Shown here one piece after another: positions 19,052-29,191 of a stretch of 64,000 nucleotides of DNA. The notes under the pieces are model-generated. The model was not told the origin of the DNA. It searched no databases and was given only the letters and a program-made list of their open reading frames with translations. The translations under genes were made by a program, and so were the position numbers. The stretch spans positions 19,894 to 83,893 of the forward strand of contig CACDOF010000001.1 in NCBI GenBank assembly GCA_902554315.1, given 5' to 3'. Source of the DNA: an uncultured Pelagibacteraceae bacterium (GTDB lineage: Bacteria > Pseudomonadota > Alphaproteobacteria > Pelagibacterales > Pelagibacteraceae). The first letter of the stretch is position 1. Every line of letters starts with the position of its first letter.

Positions 19052-20242
19052 ATGCAAAGTTTTAAACTGAATGAAGCTGATATTCTATCCAATCAAGATT
19101 GGACATTTCCGACTAATATTGCATACGGTCCAGGTAGATTGAAAGAAATAGGAGGTATTTGTAATAATTTAGATATTAAAAACCCTTTAATTGTTACAGA
19201 TAAAGGCAGCACAAAATTACCATTTATAATTAATTTACAAAATTATTTAAAAAGTTCTGATGTAAAATCCGATTTATTTTTTGATATATCTCCAAATCCA
19301 AGAGAAGATGAGGTTTCAAATGGTGTTAGTAAATTTAAAGATGGAAACCATGATGCTATAATTGCAATCGGTGGAGGCAGTGCTATGGATGGAGGAAAAT
19401 TAATTTGCCTCACAGCAAACAATGACGTTCCATTAAGAGATTTTGAGTTTGAATTAACTCCGCCTAAAATTAGCAAGGATAACCCATTCCCAAAAATTAT
19501 AACTATTCCAACAACTGCTGGAACTGGAGCTGAAACAGAAATTTCAGCTATGGTTACTTATTTAAAAGAAGGCATGAAATTTTGTATGTGGCATCCAGAT
19601 GTTAGACCTTCATTAGCATTGTTAGATCCAGAACTAACTATTGGATTGCCAGCAAATTTAACGGCATGGACTGGTGCAGATGCTTTAATCCATGGTATAG
19701 AAGGTTATTGCGTTCCTGGTTTCAATCCAATGTGTGATGGTGCTGCTTTAGAAGGATTATCATTGATTTCAAAATCTTTGGTCACAGCTGTAGAAGACCC
19801 TAGCAATATAGTTGCAAGAGGTGGAATGCATGTTGGATCTTGTTTAGCAGGAATTTCTTTTTTAAAAGGTTTAGGATTAGTACATGCTATTGCTCATATG
19901 GTTGGAGCCGAATACAATACTCATCATGGTTTAACCAATGCAATTATATTACCTGTTGTTCTAAAATATAATCTACCAGGTATGGAAGAAAAAGTTAAAA
20001 GAATGTCAGAGGCTATGCAATTTAAAGATCATTCTGTAGATGCTTTTATATCAAACATTGAAAATATTCTTGATAGAATTAAAATTCCAAAAAGTTTAAG
20101 CGAAATTGGAGTACCTGAAGATTGTGTTGATAGAATTGCTGAAAAATCAATGAAAGATCAAGCCTATGCACAAAATCCTAGAAAAGCAACTTTAGAAGAA
20201 ATAAAGGAAATTACTCTAGCATCCATTAAAAAGGCTAGGTAA
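19052..20242 (+). CDS. Iron-containing alcohol dehydrogenase
   Basis: GGGSAMD, IPTTAGTGAE, DALIHGIE, GLVHAIAH, HHGLTNA. Confidence 0.92.
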   Translation: MQSFKLNEADILSNQDWTFPTNIAYGPGRLKEIGGICNNLDIKNPLIVTDKGSTKLPFIINLQNYLKSSDVKSDLFFDISPNPREDEVSNGVSKFKDGNHDAIIAIGGGSAMDGGKLICLTANNDVPLRDFEFELTPPKISKDNPFPKIITIPTTAGTGAETEISAMVTYLKEGMKFCMWHPDVRPSLALLDPELTIGLPANLTAWTGADALIHGIEGYCVPGFNPMCDGAALEGLSLISKSLVTAVEDPSNIVARGGMHVGSCLAGISFLKGLGLVHAIAHMVGAEYNTHHGLTNAIILPVVLKYNLPGMEEKVKRMSEAMQFKDHSVDAFISNIENILDRIKIPKSLSEIGVPEDCVDRIAEKSMKDQAYAQNPRKATLEEIKEITLASIKKAR

Positions 20243-20254
20243 TAGTAAATTCTC

Positions 20255-21673
20255 ATGCTTGAAAATAAATCAGTTAAAGAAATTATTTCTTTAATTAAGA
20301 AAAAGGATGTTTCAGTAAAAGAAATAGTTGGCTTATATTTTGAAAGAATAAAAAAATTTAATCCATCTTTGAATGCTATTGTTTCAATTAAGGATGAAGA
20401 AGAAATAATTAAAGAAGCTGAGATTAAGGACAAAAATTTTGACGAGAATAAGCCATTATTTGGCTTACCTCTTGCCTCTAAAGATTTGCTAGATGTAGTT
20501 GGTTTTCCAACCACTTATGGTTTTCCTGGATATAAAGATTATTTTCCAAAAAAAAATTCTATAATTGTTGATCGTCAAATAGATGCCGGTGGAATAATAA
20601 TTGGAAAAACAAACACTGCTGAATTAGGAGTGGGCGCTCATACAGCGAATAGATTATTTGGAATAACACCAAACATTTATGGAAATAGTCAATCATCTGG
20701 TGGATCAAGTGGTGGAGCTGGTGTTGCAGTTGCATCAAATTTACTGCCATTTGCTGATGGTACAGATATGATGGGTTCTTGTAGAACACCTGCTGCTTAT
20801 GCAAATGTTTACGGTTTTAGACTAACACCAGGATTACTTCCCGATTATCGAACAAATGAAAAAAAGAAAAATCTTCCGGTTATTTCAACACCAGGATGTC
20901 TTGCAAGAACACCTGATGATATGTCTATTCTTTTAGATGTTATAGCTGGAGAACATAAAGAAGATCCAATTTCTTTTAGTTTAAATAGTTCATTTAGAGA
21001 AACTAATTTAAGTGACCAAGATTTTTCAAAAATAAAAATTGGATGGTTATCTAATATGAATGATAATTACCAATATGATCTTGAATTAATCGAAATATGT
21101 AACAAAAAGTTAAAAAGTCTTGAAAAAAATAAAATTACAATTGAATACTTAAAACCAAAATTAGATGTCCATAAATTGTGGAACTGTTGGGGAACATTAA
21201 GAGCCAAAAGTATTTATGAAGATATTATTACTATGAATATCAAAGACATTAATGAAATGACATCGCAGGCAATATGGGAATACAATAAAGGCATCAAGCT
21301 TTCAGAGGAAGATGTAAAATCTGCTCTTGATTCTAGAATTGAACTATCAAATGATGTAAATAATTTATTTGGTAATTTTGATTTTTTAGCTTTACCATCT
21401 CAACAAGCATTTCCTTTTGATAAAAATTTAAAATACCCAGAGAAGATTAATGATAGCCCCATGGATACTTATCATAGGTGGATTGAAATACATATATTTG
21501 CAAGTCTTTTTTATTTACCCTCAATATCAATTCCTATAGGATTTAATAAAGATGGATATCCAATCGGTATACAAATTATTGGTAAGCGAAGTGAAGATTT
21601 AAAAGTATTAGCTTTTGCAAAAAAATATGAAGAAATATATCAATACTCAAAAATTAAACCAAATTTATCATAA
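20255..21673 (+). CDS. Amidase (amidase-signature family)
   Basis: KD, GKTN, GGSSGG, GTDMMGSCR (Ser-cisSer-Lys triad). Confidence 0.9.
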   Translation: MLENKSVKEIISLIKKKDVSVKEIVGLYFERIKKFNPSLNAIVSIKDEEEIIKEAEIKDKNFDENKPLFGLPLASKDLLDVVGFPTTYGFPGYKDYFPKKNSIIVDRQIDAGGIIIGKTNTAELGVGAHTANRLFGITPNIYGNSQSSGGSSGGAGVAVASNLLPFADGTDMMGSCRTPAAYANVYGFRLTPGLLPDYRTNEKKKNLPVISTPGCLARTPDDMSILLDVIAGEHKEDPISFSLNSSFRETNLSDQDFSKIKIGWLSNMNDNYQYDLELIEICNKKLKSLEKNKITIEYLKPKLDVHKLWNCWGTLRAKSIYEDIITMNIKDINEMTSQAIWEYNKGIKLSEEDVKSALDSRIELSNDVNNLFGNFDFLALPSQQAFPFDKNLKYPEKINDSPMDTYHRWIEIHIFASLFYLPSISIPIGFNKDGYPIGIQIIGKRSEDLKVLAFAKKYEEIYQYSKIKPNLS

Positions 21674-22569
21674 TGGCTAGACACCCTCATCACTACAAAA
21701 TTGCAATAGCCTTAGCAATTTCTGCAGGAGCCTGGGGAATTTATTGGTTGCCGCAAAGAATTTTAGAAGAAGGTGGACTAACGGGAGGCTGGGGCACAAT
21801 TGCACAAATGGTAATTGGTGTATTGCTTTTAACGCCTATTTCAATCTGGAGAAAATTTAAAGGAAGAACTTCAGGTTTAGAATTACCTTTCACTGGATTT
21901 CTTATTGGCTCAGGTTTTATTTGTTATGCATTAAGTTTTCTTTTAACAGATGTTGTTCGTGCATTGATCCTTTTTTATATGACACCTGTCTGGACAACTA
22001 TTTTTGAAATTTTATTTTTAAAGAAAAGACCAGGACTAGAAAGAATTTTAACTCTACTTTTGGCTCTTGGAGGTTTGTGGATTGTTTTTAGCAAACAAAC
22101 TATTTTTCCATTGCCTGAAAATTCTGGTGATTGGCTAGCATTTGCAGGAGGCATATTATTTGCGGGTGGAATGATACGTTTAGAGGTAGTTAAATACGAT
22201 GGTGTATTTCCTTTAATTTATTCTTTCTTTGTTTATGGCGCTATATTTAATATCTTTGCTGGTTTTTTGTTATCTGAATATTTGGGTCCTATGCCAGGTG
22301 CCGAAGCGTTCATATCAATGGCTTCATTTTTAATTATTATTTCCGTTTTTTATTTTATTCCAACAGGTATAGTTATCCTTTGGTCTCCAAGTAAATTAGG
22401 CGCAGGATTATGTTCAATTCTTTTTCTTTCAGAGATTATTGTTGGAGTAATTAGCTCAAGCATATTAACCGACGAACCATTTGGTTGGCGTGAAATTATT
22501 GGTAGCTCTATGATTGTAATTGGAGGAGTTTTAGCTGTTGTGCTTGCTCCAAATGAAAAAACTAAATAA
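21673..22569 (+). CDS. DMT/EamA family transporter
   Basis: WGIYWLP, LFYMTPVW, about 10 TM helices. Confidence 0.85.
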   Translation: MARHPHHYKIAIALAISAGAWGIYWLPQRILEEGGLTGGWGTIAQMVIGVLLLTPISIWRKFKGRTSGLELPFTGFLIGSGFICYALSFLLTDVVRALILFYMTPVWTTIFEILFLKKRPGLERILTLLLALGGLWIVFSKQTIFPLPENSGDWLAFAGGILFAGGMIRLEVVKYDGVFPLIYSFFVYGAIFNIFAGFLLSEYLGPMPGAEAFISMASFLIIISVFYFIPTGIVILWSPSKLGAGLCSILFLSEIIVGVISSSILTDEPFGWREIIGSSMIVIGGVLAVVLAPNEKTK

Positions 22570-23013
22570 TTAATGACAAGAAATATTAAACTTTTTTAAT
22601 CTCCAATAATTATATGGCCAAGGAGTCAGGAAACCTACTGTTAACATTATAGGCACAACCCACCAATTTAAAACCGCTCCACCAGTAAGAATAACATCTG
22701 TGATATTCATTGTTAACTCCATACCAATCATAGAAATAAAACTCATTCCTATTGCTGTATTAAAGGCTTTGGAAAAGTTAAAATTTTGCCTCATTAATAT
22801 AAATGTTTCAAGAATTATACTTGTTATAAGTCCATTTATAATTGCCAAAGTCATTATAGCTATAACTGGAAAGGGTATATTTGATATTTGAAAAAATAAA
22901 ATTGTTCCAAAATCGCCTATCGCACACCCTAATAGACACCATAGTGTGTTCTTTGCACTTTTTTTCCAGGTGTGTTTACAGTTCCAATTAAAATTTAAAG
23001 CTTCAGAACTCAT
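22570..23013 (-). CDS. DUF4396-like membrane protein
   Basis: TLWCLLGCAIGDFG, SMIGME, GFLTPWPYNYW. Confidence 0.7.
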   Translation of the reverse strand: MSSEALNFNWNCKHTWKKSAKNTLWCLLGCAIGDFGTILFFQISNIPFPVIAIMTLAIINGLITSIILETFILMRQNFNFSKAFNTAIGMSFISMIGMELTMNITDVILTGGAVLNWWVVPIMLTVGFLTPWPYNYWRLKKFNISCH

Positions 23014-23022
23014 AACTATTAA

Positions 23023-24186
23023 TTAATAGTTTTTATTAACAATTTCAATTAGCATATTTATCATATCAGTTTTGTAAATTTCATTTGTTGCAGACTTAGT
23101 TTCAAGAACAGAAAAGAATGCTGCAACATTTCCATTTTTTAAGTTAATTGCTAAGAACTGACCACCATAACCTGAATGACCTATCATATTTCCTGATACC
23201 ATAGTTGAATTTGAATAGTATAAATATTTATCCTTAGATAACTTCATATATTTTGGGCCTACATTCTTAATAGTTTTATTTAAAAAAGAAGAAGAACCAA
23301 TTTTTCTATTTCCTACACCTTTACCTTTTCTTGCAAACAAAAGTCCCATCCTTAAAAAGTCACGAGTAATTAAACATCCACCACCAGACATCCAAGGCAT
23401 TCCAAATCTATCTGATGCTATATATAAACCATCTTCAAAACCTGCAGCTTCAACAGCCGACAAAATCCAATCTCTTAATGTTTTACCACTTACTTTTTCT
23501 ACAATTAATCCTACTACATCTGTATTTGCAGATTTATAATATGCATATTCAGAATTATTTTTTAAATTTCGATTTTTTAAAGATTTAATTGTATTTAAAT
23601 ATTTTTCTTGGCTTAAGGTAATATTGCCAACTTTAGGTAGTCTCCATCCACCAACAGGTTCATGAAGAAAAGATGATGAAAAAGCTTTTTTATAATCTTC
23701 TGTATAAGAATTAACAATATTCATATTTAAAACATCTTGCACTTTTGCTTCTGCATAACCACTCCCAATTTTAGGAAGATAATAAGAAACTTTTTTATTT
23801 AAATTTATAGATTTATTTTTTACTAGTTCACCTATAAATAAATTTACAAACATTTTTGTTATCGACATTATTGTTTGTGGCTGAATATTGGAAAAGTCTT
23901 TAGCATATTTTTCATATAAAATATTTTGACCATTTCCAACAATTAGAGAACAAAACGACTTATGATTTGTCATTTTTTTTACTAATAAATTTTTCCCAAT
24001 TTTTTGATTTTTTTTTGTTTTAAGCTTTAGCACTAAATCTGATCTTAAGAAAAGTCCATATCTATTGATTTTGTGTAAATTTCTATAACCATACCTTCTT
24101 GTTTTCGGAAGATTCCAAAGAGCCTTATTATCTTTAAGTGTTATTAGCTGAGGATTAGGAATGGAAGTTATTTTTTTATTTTTCAA
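23023..24186 (-). CDS. Serine hydrolase, beta-lactamase/NylB-like family
   Basis: SxxK (SITK), YKSANT, GHSGYGGQ. Confidence 0.8.
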   Translation of the reverse strand: MKNKKITSIPNPQLITLKDNKALWNLPKTRRYGYRNLHKINRYGLFLRSDLVLKLKTKKNQKIGKNLLVKKMTNHKSFCSLIVGNGQNILYEKYAKDFSNIQPQTIMSITKMFVNLFIGELVKNKSINLNKKVSYYLPKIGSGYAEAKVQDVLNMNIVNSYTEDYKKAFSSSFLHEPVGGWRLPKVGNITLSQEKYLNTIKSLKNRNLKNNSEYAYYKSANTDVVGLIVEKVSGKTLRDWILSAVEAAGFEDGLYIASDRFGMPWMSGGGCLITRDFLRMGLLFARKGKGVGNRKIGSSSFLNKTIKNVGPKYMKLSKDKYLYYSNSTMVSGNMIGHSGYGGQFLAINLKNGNVAAFFSVLETKSATNEIYKTDMINMLIEIVNKNY

Positions 24187-24635
24187 TATTTTAAAGATTT
24201 TTTTTGTTCGTATTTTTGATGATAACCTTCAGCTTTACAGTAATTTTTTTCTTTTGATATTTTGGTAGAAACTTTGCCATCTAATTTTTTATTCATTTCA
24301 TTCAATACTTTTTCAGCAATATTTTTTTCATCTTCAGTATTATAAAATATTTCTGATCTATATTGAATTCCAACATATGTTCCTTGACGATTTACTTGTG
24401 TTGAATCATGTAATTTAAAAAATAATCTTACCATTTCTTCATATGATTTTATTTTTTCATCATATTCTACTTTTACGACTTCAATATGTCCTGTATCTCC
24501 ACCACATACAGCTTTGTAGGTTACATTTGGATCTTCTCCACCACAATAACCACATTCTGTTGAGATTATACCTGCTATACCATCGTATTTAGCTTCATCC
24601 CAAAAGCAACCGATACCACCAATAAATATTTTCAT
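24183..24635 (-). CDS. msrA: Methionine-S-sulfoxide reductase A, short variant
   Basis: GCFW, GYCGG, TYKAVCGGDTGHIE, QYRS, AEGYHQKY. Confidence 0.88.
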   Translation of the reverse strand: MKIFIGGIGCFWDEAKYDGIAGIISTECGYCGGEDPNVTYKAVCGGDTGHIEVVKVEYDEKIKSYEEMVRLFFKLHDSTQVNRQGTYVGIQYRSEIFYNTEDEKNIAEKVLNEMNKKLDGKVSTKISKEKNYCKAEGYHQKYEQKKSLKY

Positions 24636-24664
24636 AGATTTTAATATTTTTCAGCATTTATACT

Positions 24665-25576
24665 TTAATCTTTTAAAATTGAAATTGCTTTAATTTCCTC
24701 AACTCCCACACCACAACATCCACCTATAATTTTAACTCCATTTTCGACCCAAGATCTAGCTTCATTCAAATAATCTTCAGGGCTCATATTGTCTACAAAT
24801 TTCCAATGAGGTTTTTCATAGTAACCTCTATTTGGATAAACTCCTAAAACTCCATTGAAATTATTTTTAGCAGTTTTTACAGCATGTCCTGTAACATTAA
24901 TATCAGAGTGCGCTATTAAAATTGGTCCTTTATGCAATTTACTAAAATTTTTTATAGCTACCTCAAAACTTTCATAGATATGTGTATCTGAGTCAACTGT
25001 ATCGTTGTAGCCAAGCATCACTTTTTTATTTTTATCTTCCATTACACACGAAATAGATAGCCAAACAGGTAAATTTATATTTGATGAGCATTCAATAATT
25101 GTCTCTACTATGTCAGCTTGAGAAGACATAGCTTCTAATATAATTAGATCGACTCCTTCTTCAGATAAAATTTTAATTTGTTCTTTAAATCCTGGGATCA
25201 TAGCTTTAAGACCTAGTTTATAAAAACTTCCAAAAGTTGAAACACTTCCGGCAACAGCAACATTTTTATTTTTTGATGCATCTTTTGCTATTTGAACACT
25301 TTTTTTATTATATTCCTCAATTAAATTATCATAACCATAATGCTTCATTGATATAGGGGTAGTTCCATAAGTGTTTGTAGTTATTACATCAGCTCCTGCA
25401 TCAATATAATTTTCATGAACTTTCTTAACTAATTCTGGATTGTCTACAGAACATTTTCCACACCATAAATCTTTATCCATATTAGCACCATTTTTTTCAA
25501 GTTCTGCGCCAATCCCTCCATCAAGAATAATAATTTTTCCTTGATCAAGTCTTTGTTTTATAAATGAATAAGACAT
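24665..25576 (-). CDS. Homocysteine S-methyltransferase family protein (BHMT/MmuM-like)
   Basis: ILDGGIGAEL, AGADVITTNTY, GVYPN, IGGCCG. Confidence 0.88.
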   Translation of the reverse strand: MSYSFIKQRLDQGKIIILDGGIGAELEKNGANMDKDLWCGKCSVDNPELVKKVHENYIDAGADVITTNTYGTTPISMKHYGYDNLIEEYNKKSVQIAKDASKNKNVAVAGSVSTFGSFYKLGLKAMIPGFKEQIKILSEEGVDLIILEAMSSQADIVETIIECSSNINLPVWLSISCVMEDKNKKVMLGYNDTVDSDTHIYESFEVAIKNFSKLHKGPILIAHSDINVTGHAVKTAKNNFNGVLGVYPNRGYYEKPHWKFVDNMSPEDYLNEARSWVENGVKIIGGCCGVGVEEIKAISILKD

Positions 25577-25956
25577 TAATTATTTGTGAAAGAACAAATT
25601 TTATTATTATCCAAATCACGAATATAAGAATAATAAACACCAGAGCCTTCTGGCCTTTCTCCTCCGCTACCTTCGCTTTTTCCACCTGCTTTTAAACCAA
25701 CTTCATGAAATTTATCTACTATTTCTCTCGACGATGTAATAAATGAGACTTGTGTACCATTTCCAAAAGTTGCTTTCTCTTTATTCACTGGTTCAGTTAC
25801 ATAAAACTCAACAGTTCCGTCTCCATTTTTTTGTGCATAACCTGCGCAAACTTCATCAGTATAGTTTCTTTCCAGATTTAAAACTTTCAAAACCTCATCA
25901 TAAAAAATGATTGCTTTTTTCAAATTATTAGTTCCGACCATTACATAACCAAGCAT
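25576..25956 (-). CDS. VOC/glyoxalase family protein
   Basis: GYVMVGTN, ATFGNGTQVSF, YIRDLDNNKIC. Confidence 0.88.
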   Translation of the reverse strand: MLGYVMVGTNNLKKAIIFYDEVLKVLNLERNYTDEVCAGYAQKNGDGTVEFYVTEPVNKEKATFGNGTQVSFITSSREIVDKFHEVGLKAGGKSEGSGGERPEGSGVYYSYIRDLDNNKICSFTNN

Positions 25957-26131
25957 AAATATTTCATTCTATTAAAAAAATTTACAACTAAAGATTGTTT
26001 TTTTTTTTAATTTTTCCATTTTACTAGTAATTATGAATATCATTTTAATATAAATTTAAACATTAAGTAATTAAAATTTAATAAAAAATAATTAGAACAA
26101 TTTAATTATAAATAATTAAAGAGAGGAAATA

Positions 26132-27439
26132 ATGAAAAAAATAATATCAATATTAGCGTTATTATTTACATTTTCTTTTTCATCAACTAGTTACTCTAAG
26201 ACTGAAATTCACTGGTGGTATGGTAATAGTGGTTTCCTAGGTGATGTTATTATTGAAATTGCAAATAGATTTAATGCTTCTCAAAATGAATACACAGTAA
26301 TTCCTACAGGTAAAGGAAGTTACGAAGATAACATGGCAGCAACAATTGCTGCTTTTAGAGCAGGAGATCAACCGCACTATTCACAAGTTTATGATGCCGG
26401 CGCTGCAATTATGGTAGCACAGGTAAAAAATGGTGTTGTTATCGGTTTTGAAGAAATGGCAGAGAAATATGGAATCAAAGTAGATGCCGACAATTATATT
26501 CCAGGTATTAAAAATTTCTATGCAGACTCTAATGGAAAAATGATTGGTGTACCTTTTAATAGTTCAACATGTTTAATGTACGCTAACATGGATATCTTAA
26601 AAAAAGTAGGTATTGAAGCAGTTCCAAAAACTTATGAAGAATTTGAGGCTATGGCTCCAAAAATTAAAGCAGCTGGATACATTCCTTTAGTTCAAAGTCA
26701 CTTCCCATGGATTTGGACTGAAAATTTCTTTTCAAGACATAACTTACTAATGACTGATGGAAATAATGGCTACGATGCTGTTCCTACTAAAACTTTATTT
26801 GCTGAAACAGATGCATTTGTAATGCACTGGAAAAAAGTTAAAGAATGGTATGACAGTGGTTTATATGGTTATAAGGGTAGAGCATGGGGAGATAATCAAG
26901 CTCCTTTTATAGCTGGTGAAGCTGCTTTTTGGTTTGGTTCTGCAGCATCATTTGGTGGAATGAAAGGTGTTGTGCCTAACTTTTCAGTTAATCATATTCC
27001 TTATTGGGATTCAGTAACTGGAGGTAAAGAGTATCCAACATTTATTGGTGGTGCCGCTAACTGGATCTTAAATGGTCATACAGAAGAAGAATACAAAGGA
27101 CTTGCTAAATTTATAGAATTTATGGGTTCTCCTGAAATGGATTTATATTATCACAACATGACAGGTTATTCTGCTGTTACTAAAGGTGGTATAGCGTTAG
27201 CTGAGACTATTAACTTTTATAGAACTTCTCCTTATCACAAAGCTGTTGGTGAACAACTAAGCTTGGAAGGTTCGACAATTCCAGGAGGATATAGAGCTGG
27301 TAACTGGCCACAAATTCGTGAAGTAATTTATGAAAATGTTGAGCCTATGTTAAATGGTAAGATATCTATCGAAAAAGGATTGAAAAACATGGATAAGGGT
27401 GCAGCTAAGTTGTTAAAACAATTTGCTAAAACTCTATAA
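26132..27439 (+). CDS. ugpB: Glycerol-3-phosphate/glycerophosphodiester ABC substrate-binding protein
   Basis: Signal peptide, FNASQ, KGSYE, AAFRAG, PFNSST, ENFFSRHN, IGGAANW. Confidence 0.85.
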   Translation: MKKIISILALLFTFSFSSTSYSKTEIHWWYGNSGFLGDVIIEIANRFNASQNEYTVIPTGKGSYEDNMAATIAAFRAGDQPHYSQVYDAGAAIMVAQVKNGVVIGFEEMAEKYGIKVDADNYIPGIKNFYADSNGKMIGVPFNSSTCLMYANMDILKKVGIEAVPKTYEEFEAMAPKIKAAGYIPLVQSHFPWIWTENFFSRHNLLMTDGNNGYDAVPTKTLFAETDAFVMHWKKVKEWYDSGLYGYKGRAWGDNQAPFIAGEAAFWFGSAASFGGMKGVVPNFSVNHIPYWDSVTGGKEYPTFIGGAANWILNGHTEEEYKGLAKFIEFMGSPEMDLYYHNMTGYSAVTKGGIALAETINFYRTSPYHKAVGEQLSLEGSTIPGGYRAGNWPQIREVIYENVEPMLNGKISIEKGLKNMDKGAAKLLKQFAKTL

Positions 27440-27454
27440 ATAACAATTTAAATT

Positions 27455-27478
27455 AGGAGGGTATTAATTTACCCTCCT
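27455..27478 (+). terminator. Stem-loop between ugpB and ugpA (partial terminator or mRNA stabiliser)
   Basis: Inverted repeat (A)GGAGGGTA-ttaatt-TACCCTCC(T) followed by a T-rich tract. Confidence 0.75.
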
Positions 27479-27491
27479 TATTTTTATTTGT

Positions 27492-28370
27492 ATGAAAAAA
27501 GTTCAATTCAAATCCAGTTATTCGCAATATTTATTTTTAGCTCCACAGCTAGGAATTTTATTAATTTTTCTATATTGGCCAATAATACAAACTTTTAAAG
27601 ATGCATTTACAATGCAAGATGCATTTGGATTTGGAGCTAAGTTTGTAGGATTTGATAATTTTTTATTTATTTTCGATGATCCGGCTTATTTCATAGCTTT
27701 TAAATTTACTATTATTTATAGCTTTGTAATAACACTTGTTACTGGATCCATTGGATTGTTACTTGCTGTTCAAGCAAATAATGTGATGCGTGGTAAAAGT
27801 GCATATAAAACCTTTCTAATTTGGCCTTATGCAATTGCACCTGCCGTAGTGGGAGTTATGGCAAATTACTTTTTTAGTGAAAGATTTGGACTTCTTTATC
27901 ATTTATTTAATAATTTATGGGGCTTTAATTGGTACGAAAGTGTTTTTGACGCTTATATTTATGTGATCATAGCTGGTGCCTGGAAACAGATTAGTGCTAA
28001 TTTTATTTTTTTCTTAGCAGGACTTCAAGCCATACAAAAATCTGTAATAGAAGCATCCATGATTGACTGCAAAAATAGTTTTAGAAGATTTTGGACTATT
28101 ACATTTCCTTTATTAATGCCTACTACATTTTTCTTAATCATTATTAATATAACTTATGCTTTTTTTGATACATTTGGAATTATTGATACTACAACGATAG
28201 GCGCTCCATCAGGTGAAACAAGAACTCTTGTTTATAAAGCTTACATGGATGGATTTAGAGGATTGGATTTAGGAAGTGCTGGCGCTCAATCAATAATGAT
28301 GATGTTGATTGTTTTAGTAATTACAATTTTTCAATTCAGATATATTGAAGGGAAAATACATTATAATTAA
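27492..28370 (+). CDS. ugpA: Glycerol-3-phosphate ABC permease UgpA
   Basis: IWPYAIAPAV, WKQISANFIFFLAGLQAI, YAFFDTFGIID. Confidence 0.9.
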   Translation: MKKVQFKSSYSQYLFLAPQLGILLIFLYWPIIQTFKDAFTMQDAFGFGAKFVGFDNFLFIFDDPAYFIAFKFTIIYSFVITLVTGSIGLLLAVQANNVMRGKSAYKTFLIWPYAIAPAVVGVMANYFFSERFGLLYHLFNNLWGFNWYESVFDAYIYVIIAGAWKQISANFIFFLAGLQAIQKSVIEASMIDCKNSFRRFWTITFPLLMPTTFFLIIINITYAFFDTFGIIDTTTIGAPSGETRTLVYKAYMDGFRGLDLGSAGAQSIMMMLIVLVITIFQFRYIEGKIHYN

Positions 28371-29191
28371 TGACTAGATTTTTTACATCAGGTTTTTCAC
28401 ATTTAATTTTATTCATAGGAATATTTATTATGATAGCTCCTGTTTGGATGATTTTTGCAAGCTCAACGCACACAAGTTCAATTATCAACATGGATGGTTT
28501 ACAATTATTTTTAGGTGATAGTTTTTATGAAAACTACTTAAGAGTTTTATTATATCAGGGAGGTTTTTTTAAAGAAATTACTGCTTTAAAAATGTTTTTT
28601 AACAGTTTTATAATGGCGACGGGAGTAGCGTTATTATCAGTTGTGACTTCTTTAATGGCTGCATACGCTTTAGTTTATTATAGAATAAAATATGCAACAT
28701 TATTATTTTGGATAATCTTCATTACTATTTTGGTTCCATTAGAGTTAAGAATTTTTCCTACATATTCTGTTATGGCTGAACTTAATCTAGTAAATTCCTA
28801 TTTTGGATTAATAGTTCCTATTTCTGCATCAGCTATAGCAACTTTATTTTTTAGACAATTTTATAAAACTGTTCCAGATGAAATGCTTGAGTCTGCAAAA
28901 CTTGATGGTGTAAATACTTGGAGGTTTTTTATTGATTTTTTAGTTCCTTTATCAAAAACAATGATTGTAGCTATGCTAATATTTATGTTTGTATTCGGCT
29001 ATAACCAATATCTATGGCCATTATTGGTGACATCCTCTGAACAATATTGGACAGTAGTTATGGGATTAAAGATGATGTCAGGATCGATTGTGCATCGATT
29101 TGCTTTTGTAATGATGTCTATGGTGCCGCCAATTTTAATTATAATTATTTTACAAAAACATTTTATTAAAGGAGTTTTTCAAGATAAATGA
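28370..29191 (+). CDS. ugpE: Glycerol-3-phosphate ABC permease UgpE, copy 1
   Basis: PLELRIFPTY, ASAIATLFFRQFY, NQYLWPL. Confidence 0.85.
   Translation: MTRFFTSGFSHLILFIGIFIMIAPVWMIFASSTHTSSIINMDGLQLFLGDSFYENYLRVLLYQGGFFKEITALKMFFNSFIMATGVALLSVVTSLMAAYALVYYRIKYATLLFWIIFITILVPLELRIFPTYSVMAELNLVNSYFGLIVPISASAIATLFFRQFYKTVPDEMLESAKLDGVNTWRFFIDFLVPLSKTMIVAMLIFMFVFGYNQYLWPLLVTSSEQYWTVVMGLKMMSGSIVHRFAFVMMSMVPPILIIIILQKHFIKGVFQDK

Noticed and set aside
26035-26100. Pho box upstream of ugpB
   Set aside because: Only degenerate TAAT repeats in nearly pure AT sequence; no convincing CTGTCAT-type 11-bp repeat.
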